From positions 2,485 through 66,484 of the forward strand of contig VXRE01000161.1 in the NCBI GenBank assembly GCA_009838635.1: a DNA stretch of 64,000 nucleotides. Direction: 5' to 3'. Source of the DNA: Acidimicrobiia bacterium (GTDB lineage: Bacteria; Actinomycetota; Acidimicrobiia; Spongiisociales; Spongiisociaceae). Position 1 is the stretch's first letter, and each line of letters opens with the position of its first letter. The position numbers were made by a program, and so were the translations under genes. The notes below the pieces were generated by a model. That model was not told where the DNA came from and ran no database searches. It worked only from the letters and a program-made list of their open reading frames with translations. Shown here piece after piece: positions 56,926-64,000 of the stretch.

Positions 56926-58134
56926 ATGAACAGAGAGTTGACAGGCGCGGACACCGAGCAGCTGACCTTCAGCCGTACGTTCCTCGGCTATGACCCACTC
57001 GAGGTGCGGGCATTCGTCCGGGAGGCGAACCAGCGTATTGCCCGGCTCTCCTCCCCTGGTTCTCGGAGCCCGGACGAGAGTGGGGCCGGGTCCGAGCCGG
57101 AGTTGGGTGGCGCCATCGCCTCGGCAGTGCGGGAGATAGACGAGGTACTGGAATCGGCCCGTTTGGCAGCCGAGCGCATCCGTAGCTCGGCCGAGGTCGA
57201 TGTCTCGGACAGCGTGGAGTCGGCTCAGGAGCAGGCCCGGCAGATCGTGGCCGAGGCGGAGGACGAAGCCTTCACCCTGCGCCAGGTTGCGTGGGAGGCG
57301 GCCACGGAGATGCTGGAGACAGCTAGTTCGGAGGTGGCCGAACTGCGGGCCGATGCTGAGTGTGATGCCCTCCGCATCATCCATGACGCGGAGCGCCGGG
57401 CGATACGGAATCTGGCCGCGGCCCGCCGGGACTCCGAGAACGTCCTGCAGACGGCGAGAGTCGAGTACGACCGGCTGGTCGAGTTGGCAAGCGCGGCGAG
57501 CCCGGAGGCAGGCGCCGATGGGAGAGTGGACGGGCAGGTGCCGGATGGCGAGGACTCCGAGCCGGCTGCCTCGCCGACCAAGCGGCTCGTGGTCGAGATC
57601 CCGGCGGAGGACGAACCAGTCGAGGAGTCGGAACCGCCGGCTCCATCCGAGGTCTATGGCACCATCCGGGTGATCCCGGCCACCTCCACTCCGGCCGAGG
57701 CGCCGACGAGGGGTAAGCCGGCGAAGACCCCCGGCAGCGACGATGACGAGGGAGCGGAGCTCAGCGAGTCCGCCATCCGCCTCGGCTGGGCCGACGGGAC
57801 GCGGAGCGTCCGGTTGGTCGGCACCCCCGCGACGCGAGCCCGGGTCGAGGTGGATGCCGTTGAGGTGGCCCGAGAGGTGGCTCGTCTCCGCGCGGGGCCG
57901 GATACCGGTATCGAGGCGGAGAACGGACAACCCGCGGCCGGGGAACTACCCGACCGCCCTGCTGGGCCTTCGGTCCCGGCCGGGGCCGGATCCCGCCCGG
58001 GTCGTGGCAGCGCGCCCGTCACCGCCCGTGGCAACGGAGCCGATCCTGGCGTCACGGCGCCGTCCGATGACGAACTGGCGGTGCTCTTCTCTCGCCTGCG
58101 GAACCGGGTTGGCCGCTCCAACGCCCCTGCGTGA
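56926..58134 (+). CDS. DivIVA domain-containing protein
   Basis: N-terminal FSRTFLGYDPLEVRAFV motif, coiled-coil-like Ala/Glu/Arg-rich middle, disordered tail. Confidence 0.7.
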   Translation: MNRELTGADTEQLTFSRTFLGYDPLEVRAFVREANQRIARLSSPGSRSPDESGAGSEPELGGAIASAVREIDEVLESARLAAERIRSSAEVDVSDSVESAQEQARQIVAEAEDEAFTLRQVAWEAATEMLETASSEVAELRADAECDALRIIHDAERRAIRNLAAARRDSENVLQTARVEYDRLVELASAASPEAGADGRVDGQVPDGEDSEPAASPTKRLVVEIPAEDEPVEESEPPAPSEVYGTIRVIPATSTPAEAPTRGKPAKTPGSDDDEGAELSESAIRLGWADGTRSVRLVGTPATRARVEVDAVEVAREVARLRAGPDTGIEAENGQPAAGELPDRPAGPSVPAGAGSRPGRGSAPVTARGNGADPGVTAPSDDELAVLFSRLRNRVGRSNAPA

Positions 58135-58176
58135 GGTCGTCCGCTACCCTGATATAGCCCGCTACCCTCCTGGATC

Positions 58177-61059
58177 ATGATCAGAATGGAGCCGGGTTCT
58201 TTCCGGCGGCCTCGCCGCCGTCCCAGTCGCTGGGTGATCCTCGTGGCGGTGGCGGCCTTCCTGCTGCTGATGGCGCTGAGCGGGCTGGCCACCGCATGGA
58301 CCGACTATCTCTGGTTCAGTTCGGTCGGTGCCACGTCGGTCTGGGTCACCACCCTGGTGTCGCGGATCCTGCTGGCGCTGATCGGTTTCGCGGTTGCCGC
58401 CCTCGTCGTCTGGATCAACCTGGAGGTGGTCTCCCGCTGCAAAGTCGACCCGCTGGTGGGCGGAGGCCCGGATGACGAGGTGATCCGCCGCTTCCGGCAG
58501 TGGATAGGCGCGCGCCGGATCCGCGCCCACCTGGCCGGGGCGACGCTTCTCGGACTCCTGCTCGGCGTGGCCATAGCTTCCTGGTGGCGGGACGTGCTGG
58601 TCTGGCTCAACGAAGTCCCGTTCGGGAAGGCCGACCCGATCTTCGGGGTCGACGTGTCCTTCTACGTGTTCCACCTACCCGTCTACCGGAACATCGTCGG
58701 GTGGGCGATCCAGTTAGTGGTCGCATCCGCGCTGGTCTCGCTGGCATACCACTACTTGAGCGGCGGCATCCAGCGGCTGCCGAACCGGTTCCCGCTCGTC
58801 TCGAGAGGGGTCAAGTCTCACCTATCGGTCCTGCTGGCGGCTTTGGCGCTACTCAAGGCGGTCGCCTACCGGCTCGACGCCTACGAACTCCTGTACTCCA
58901 CCCGGGGCGCGATCTTCGGCGCTTCCTACACAGACGTGACCGCTCATCGCCCGGCCCTCACCTTGCTGATGGCCATCTCGATACTGGGCGCGGGCTTGCT
59001 CCTGTGGAATATGCGCCAGGCAGGCTGGTTACTGCCGGCGGTTGCGGGCGGGCTGTGGCTCATCGTCTCGGTGGTTGTGGGCGGCGTCATCCCGGCGGCC
59101 ATCGAGCGGTTCCGTGTCCAGCCCAACCAGTTCAACCTCGAGCGCCCCTACATCGAGCATCACATCGAGTACACCCTGGATGCCTACGGCCTGGGGGAGG
59201 GGCAGGTGGAGACTCGCGACTTCGCGGCCTCGCCGGACCTGACCAGCGAGGACATCGCCGGTAACCAGGCGACCATCAGCAACGTGAAGCTCTGGGACCC
59301 CGGCGTGCTGGTGCCGGCCTACTCCCAGCTGCAGGCGATCCGCCCCTACTACCAGATATCCAATGTCGACACCGACCGCTACGTGATCGACGGGGAGCTC
59401 ACCCAGGTGATGATCGCCGCCAGGGAGCTGGACTCGGAGGATCTACCGGCGGAAGGATGGGTCAACGAGAAGCTGGTGTACACGCACGGGTTCGGGGAGG
59501 TGATCTCCCGGGCCAACGATGTCAACCCGACCACGGGCGAGCCCGACTTCCTGGTGCGGGACGTTCCACCCGAGTCGATCGTGGCCGAGCTGCAGACCCT
59601 CCAGCCCCGCATCTACTTCGGCGAGGCGGCCGAGTCGGGTAGTTACGTGATCGCACGCACCAACCAGCCGGAGGTCGACTTCCCCTCCGGCGAGGACGAC
59701 ACGGTGGTTCGCAACACGTATGAGGGGGAGGGCGGTGTGCAGCTGTCCAACTTCGCGGTCCGGTTTGCGATGGCGCTTCGGTTCGGTGACCTCAACACCC
59801 TCATCTCGCCGGAGCTCACCCCGGAATCCCGGGTGTTGATGGTGCGCAACGTGGTCGATCGGCTTGCCCGCGTGGCGCCCTTCATGCAAGCCGACAACGA
59901 TCCGTACCTGGCACTCATCGACGGGCGCCTGGTGTGGATCGTCGACCTCTACGCCACCACCGACCGCTACCCGTACTCGGCGCCGGTCATCGACGAGCGC
60001 CTCGGGATCACCTCGGATCTGTCCCGCGATTTCAACTACATCCGGAACTCGGTCAAGGCGGTGGTCGACGCCGAGGACGGCACCATGACGCTCTACGTCC
60101 TCGAACCCACCGATCCGCTCACTCAGGCCTACCGAGACGTGTTCCCCGACGTTTTCACGGATGCATCCGAGATGAGCGAGGAGCTACGGGGACACCTGCG
60201 CTATCCGGAGGACATGTTCCGGGTCCAGTCCGAGATGTACGCCACGTATCACCAGCGGGACCCGCAGGACTTCTTCCAGGATGAGGACAAGTGGGATATC
60301 CCGGGCGATCCGGCCTCATCCGACCGGGAACTGCTTCGTGGCGACGCCTTCGATCAAACCGGCCGGGTCAGAAAGGACCTCCGCCAGAGCCTGCCCTACT
60401 ACATGCTGATGAGGTTGCCGGACGAGGAGGAGCTCTCCTACCTGATCTTCCAGAGCTTCAACCCGGCCAGCCGGAACAACATGACCGCCTTCCTGGTGGC
60501 CAAGAGCGGTCCCGCCGATTACGGAGAGATCATCGACTACCGCCTGCCCAGGGGAGTGCTCACCAACGGGCTCGAGCAGGTGAGCGCGCGGATCGACCAG
60601 GATCCCGTCATCTCCCAGCAGTTCACCCTGCTGGGCCAGCAGGGATCCGAGATCATCCGGGGCAACATGCTGGTGGTGCCGGTCGAGGAGTCACTCCTGT
60701 TCATCCAGCCCATCTACCTCAGGGCGGAAGGCGTCCTGCTGCCGGAGTTCAAGCGGGTGGTGGTGGTGTTCGGTGACCAGACCACGCCGATCATGAGCGA
60801 GTCGCTGGATGCTGCCCTGGCGGAGATCTTCGGATCGGCGCGGGCCGTCGTCGACCCCGACGAAGACACCGTCTCCGAGGACGCCGTTACCGCTCCGAGT
60901 GACGGGAGCGACGAGGTTCAAGCCACGGTCCTGCGGATCGACCGTCTACTGACCGAGGCCGATGCGGCGCTTCGCTCGGGCGACCTGGGCGAGTACCAGG
61001 CGAAGGTCGACGAAGCCGCCCGCCTTACCGACCGCCTGGTCGGCTTGCTGGAAGGCTAG
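58177..61059 (+). CDS. UPF0182 family membrane protein
   Basis: About 960 aa. N-terminal 7-TM region with WTDYLWFSSVG and a large C-terminal soluble domain, as in actinobacterial UPF0182. Confidence 0.8.
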   Translation: MIRMEPGSFRRPRRRPSRWVILVAVAAFLLLMALSGLATAWTDYLWFSSVGATSVWVTTLVSRILLALIGFAVAALVVWINLEVVSRCKVDPLVGGGPDDEVIRRFRQWIGARRIRAHLAGATLLGLLLGVAIASWWRDVLVWLNEVPFGKADPIFGVDVSFYVFHLPVYRNIVGWAIQLVVASALVSLAYHYLSGGIQRLPNRFPLVSRGVKSHLSVLLAALALLKAVAYRLDAYELLYSTRGAIFGASYTDVTAHRPALTLLMAISILGAGLLLWNMRQAGWLLPAVAGGLWLIVSVVVGGVIPAAIERFRVQPNQFNLERPYIEHHIEYTLDAYGLGEGQVETRDFAASPDLTSEDIAGNQATISNVKLWDPGVLVPAYSQLQAIRPYYQISNVDTDRYVIDGELTQVMIAARELDSEDLPAEGWVNEKLVYTHGFGEVISRANDVNPTTGEPDFLVRDVPPESIVAELQTLQPRIYFGEAAESGSYVIARTNQPEVDFPSGEDDTVVRNTYEGEGGVQLSNFAVRFAMALRFGDLNTLISPELTPESRVLMVRNVVDRLARVAPFMQADNDPYLALIDGRLVWIVDLYATTDRYPYSAPVIDERLGITSDLSRDFNYIRNSVKAVVDAEDGTMTLYVLEPTDPLTQAYRDVFPDVFTDASEMSEELRGHLRYPEDMFRVQSEMYATYHQRDPQDFFQDEDKWDIPGDPASSDRELLRGDAFDQTGRVRKDLRQSLPYYMLMRLPDEEELSYLIFQSFNPASRNNMTAFLVAKSGPADYGEIIDYRLPRGVLTNGLEQVSARIDQDPVISQQFTLLGQQGSEIIRGNMLVVPVEESLLFIQPIYLRAEGVLLPEFKRVVVVFGDQTTPIMSESLDAALAEIFGSARAVVDPDEDTVSEDAVTAPSDGSDEVQATVLRIDRLLTEADAALRSGDLGEYQAKVDEAARLTDRLVGLLEG

Positions 61060-61125
61060 GCACCTGACCGGACGGCAAGGTGGCCGATCCTATGATGGAA
61101 GGCCTGCGATCATGGGAGGCGGTGG

Positions 61126-63483
61126 ATGCCGGGGCTGATCAGATGGTTCAGGGACGTCTCCCTCAGCGACATTCCGCTGGTGGGCGGTAAGAACGCCTCG
61201 CTCGGAGAGATGTACTCCAACCTCGGATCGCTGGGCGTGATCGTGCCCAACGGCTTCGCCACCACCGTGGACGCGTTCCGGCTGTTCATGAACGAGTCGG
61301 GACTGCAGGACCGCGTCGAGCGGCGCCTGCTCGATGCCGGCACGGATGATCCGGCCGCGCTGCGCGACGCCGGAGAGGACATCCGGCGCTGGGTGGCCGG
61401 GGCGCCGGTTCCCGAGCGCCTGATAGACGAGATCGGCGCCGCCTACGAGAGCCTGGGCGCCGAGCCGGGCGGGTCCGTGGTGGCGGTACGGTCGTCGGCC
61501 ACTGCCGAGGACCTGCCGGATGCCTCCTTCGCCGGCCTGCAGGACACCTACCTCGGCGTACAGGGCGCCGACCGGGTGGTCCGGGCGGTTCGGGATGTCT
61601 TCGCCTCCCTCTTCAGCCACCGGGCGCTCAGCTACCGGATCCGGGGCGGATACGACGAGGGCGGGGTCGCCATCTCCGCGGGCGTGCAGAGGATGGTGCG
61701 CAGCGCCGCGTCCGGGGTCGTGTTCACCATCGACACGGAGAGCGGGTTCGGAGGGGTGGTGTTCATCACCGGCGCCTACGGGCTGGGCGAGCTCCTGGTC
61801 CAGGGAGGCATCAACCCCGACGAGTTCTACGTGGCCAAGCGGAACCTGGCCGCCGGGCGACCGGCCGTGATCTCCCGGACGCTCGGGACCAAGACGCAGC
61901 AGATGGTGTTCGGCGAGTTGCGGGGATCCGAGGTCGAGGTGGAGGACGTGCCGCTCGTCGACCAGCGGCGGTTCTGCCTCAGCGATCCGGAGATCGAGGA
62001 ACTGGCCCGCCAGGCGGTGGCCATCGAGGACTACTACGGACGCCCGATGGACGTCGAATGGGCGAAGGACACCGGCGACGGCCGCCTCTACATCGTTCAG
62101 GCGCGTCCTGAAACAGTGCGGAGCAGAGAGAGCCAGGCGATCCTCACCCGGTTCCGGCTGGAGGGGAGCGGCGCCGTCCTGGTGACGGGCCGCAGCGTGG
62201 GCCAGCGGATCGGGACCGGCTCGGTGCGGGTCGTCCACTCTCCCCGGGACATGAACCGGGTCGAGGAGGGTGATGTCCTGGTCGCCGACATGACGGATCC
62301 GGACTGGGAGCCGGTGATGCAGCGGGCCGCGGCCATCGTCACCAACCGTGGCGGCCGCACCTGCCACGCCGCCATAATCGCCCGGGAGTTGGGAGTTCCG
62401 GCCGTGGTGGGGTCGGGGAACGCCACCAGGCGGCTGAAGGATGGCGCCGAGGTCACCGTCTCGTGCGCGCAGGGTGAGATCGGGAGGGTCTACGAAGGAG
62501 CCGTACCGTTCCGTACCGAGGTGGTCCAACTGGATCGCATGCCGGAACCGCCCACCAAGGTGATGATGAACGTGGGAAATCCCTCCCGCGCCTTCGGGTT
62601 CAGCCGGATTCCCAACCACGGTGTGGGGCTGGCCAGGATGGAGTTCATCATCAACAACGCCATCGGAGTCCATCCGAAGGCCTTGCTCGACTACCCGGAC
62701 GTCCCCGCTGATGTGAGGGAGGGCATCGAGGAGCGCATCGCCGGATACGAGGATCCCCGGTCGTTCTTCATCACCAAGCTGGTGGAGGGGATCGCGACGC
62801 TGGCGCTCGGCTTCCATCCCAAGCCGGTGATCGTGCGCCTGTCCGACTTCAAATCGAACGAGTACGCCCATCTGCTGGGCGGGAGCCGTTACGAGCCCAC
62901 CGAGGAGAACCCGATGCTCGGATTCCGGGGAGCTTCGCGCTACCGGTCTTCGGAGTTCGCCGATGTGTTCGCGCTCGAGTGCGAGGCGCTCCGGAGGGCC
63001 CGGAACGAGTTGGGTCTCGACAACATCGAGGTCATGGTTCCATTCGTCCGGACCGTGGAGGAGGCTTCCAGCGTGGTGGAGGTGCTGGCTCGTAACGGCC
63101 TGCGTCGCGGGCAGGACGGGCTACGGATCATCATGATGTGCGAGATACCGTCCAACGCCCTGCTCGCCTCCGAGTTCCTGGAGTTCTTCGACGGATTCTC
63201 GATCGGATCGAACGATCTGGCACAGCTCTCCCTGGCCTTGGATCGCGACTCCGCCCTGGTGGCCGGCCTCTTCGACGAGCGCAACCCGGCGGTCAAGGAG
63301 CTGATCCGGTTGGCCGTCGAGGCGTGCCGCGACGCCGGCAAGTACATCGGGATCTGCGGCCAGGGGCCTTCCGACTATCCGGACTTCGCGGCCTGGCTGG
63401 TGGAGGTCGGGCTCGAGAGCGTCTCATTGAATCCTGACACGGTGGTCGAGACCTGGATGTACCTGTCCGGCCAGGAGGCATGA
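61126..63483 (+). CDS. ppsA: Phosphoenolpyruvate synthase
   Basis: [72 protein letters not shown]. Confidence 0.9.
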   Translation: MPGLIRWFRDVSLSDIPLVGGKNASLGEMYSNLGSLGVIVPNGFATTVDAFRLFMNESGLQDRVERRLLDAGTDDPAALRDAGEDIRRWVAGAPVPERLIDEIGAAYESLGAEPGGSVVAVRSSATAEDLPDASFAGLQDTYLGVQGADRVVRAVRDVFASLFSHRALSYRIRGGYDEGGVAISAGVQRMVRSAASGVVFTIDTESGFGGVVFITGAYGLGELLVQGGINPDEFYVAKRNLAAGRPAVISRTLGTKTQQMVFGELRGSEVEVEDVPLVDQRRFCLSDPEIEELARQAVAIEDYYGRPMDVEWAKDTGDGRLYIVQARPETVRSRESQAILTRFRLEGSGAVLVTGRSVGQRIGTGSVRVVHSPRDMNRVEEGDVLVADMTDPDWEPVMQRAAAIVTNRGGRTCHAAIIARELGVPAVVGSGNATRRLKDGAEVTVSCAQGEIGRVYEGAVPFRTEVVQLDRMPEPPTKVMMNVGNPSRAFGFSRIPNHGVGLARMEFIINNAIGVHPKALLDYPDVPADVREGIEERIAGYEDPRSFFITKLVEGIATLALGFHPKPVIVRLSDFKSNEYAHLLGGSRYEPTEENPMLGFRGASRYRSSEFADVFALECEALRRARNELGLDNIEVMVPFVRTVEEASSVVEVLARNGLRRGQDGLRIIMMCEIPSNALLASEFLEFFDGFSIGSNDLAQLSLALDRDSALVAGLFDERNPAVKELIRLAVEACRDAGKYIGICGQGPSDYPDFAAWLVEVGLESVSLNPDTVVETWMYLSGQEA

Positions 63484-63562
63484 CGTCGTGCCCGGCATGT
63501 CTGATGCCGCCGTGATCATCGGGCGGCCGGGGGCGCATGCCCGGTCCGGTTCCTGACCTTTC

Positions 63563-64000
63563 ATGCCCGTAGTCTTCGCCCTGCTGGCGGCGGCGTGCTT
63601 CTCAGCCCTCGCCATCACGGTCACCAGGGGCTTCCGTACCAACAGCTTGATGACCGGCCTGATGGTGTCGCTGCCGGTCGGTGCCGTCGTCACCGGCGCC
63701 TTCACCCTGGCCGACCCCCCGACCGGCCTGACGCTCCGGGCGATCCTGTTCTTCGTGGCGGGCGGGATCGTGGGAGAGGGGGTGGGCCGGACGGCCTTCA
63801 TCTTCGCGGTCAGGCTGATCGGGCCTTCCACCGCCACGCCCCTCCAGACCGCCACCTACCCGGTGCTGGCCCTGGTGGGCGGGTGGATCCTGCTGGCCGA
63901 GCCGGTGACTGTATGGCGCGTCGCCGGAGCGGTGGCTATCGCGGCAGGAATCACGGTGCTGGTGAGGGGACAGCCTGCCTCCGGTGGGGCCGGTGGCCTC
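63563..64000 (+). CDS. EamA/DMT family transporter, N-terminal part (runs off the window end)
   Basis: Open frame from ATG 63563 to the window end. Hydrophobic, ..PLQTATYPVLALVGGWILLAEPVT.. is EamA-like. Confidence 0.55.
   Translation, partial: MPVVFALLAAACFSALAITVTRGFRTNSLMTGLMVSLPVGAVVTGAFTLADPPTGLTLRAILFFVAGGIVGEGVGRTAFIFAVRLIGPSTATPLQTATYPVLALVGGWILLAEPVTVWRVAGAVAIAAGITVLVRGQPASGGAGGL

Overview
High-GC actinobacterial chromosome segment (marker genes: WhiB, Bpa proteasome activator, DUF3263, GuaB3, UPF0182, DivIVA-domain protein, DUF222-HNH). Most of the window is dense housekeeping. It includes livGF, AI-2E transporter, citramalate synthase, trpS, guaB3-guaA, pcrA, tal, sucCD, purH-folD, icd, mdh, HU, sdhCAB, whiB, tatA, moaE, bioY, ppsA and two tRNAs.

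The exception is about 6.45-19.24 kb. This lower-GC block abuts the 3' end of a minus-strand tRNA-Arg(CCU) and looks horizontally acquired. Its core is a tightly coupled operon:
- a 2486-aa protein with two sacsin/Hsp90-type GHKL ATPase modules
- a 66-aa ORF in the same frame as the giant gene, separated from it by one TAG
- an 898-aa RapA-like SNF2 ATPase whose ATG overlaps the micro-ORF stop

A DUF222-HNH endonuclease gene and an AT-richer remnant region follow. I do not recognise this architecture as a named defence system and flag it as the main candidate novel system.

Other non-obvious signals:
- A dispersed roughly 65-nt intergenic element built from heptamer arrays, (TAGTTGC)n and (CACTGAC)n. 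The first TAG of the array is the stop codon of the upstream gene. Each CTAG array puts stop codons in all six frames.
- A 10-codon Ile-Ile-Ile leader peptide plus an intrinsic terminator upstream of citramalate synthase, a candidate attenuator.
- Several short direct repeats in intergenic regions.

Many long antisense ORFs in the track are high-GC artefacts and are not called. All calls come from reading the translations and sequence by eye; no database search was run.
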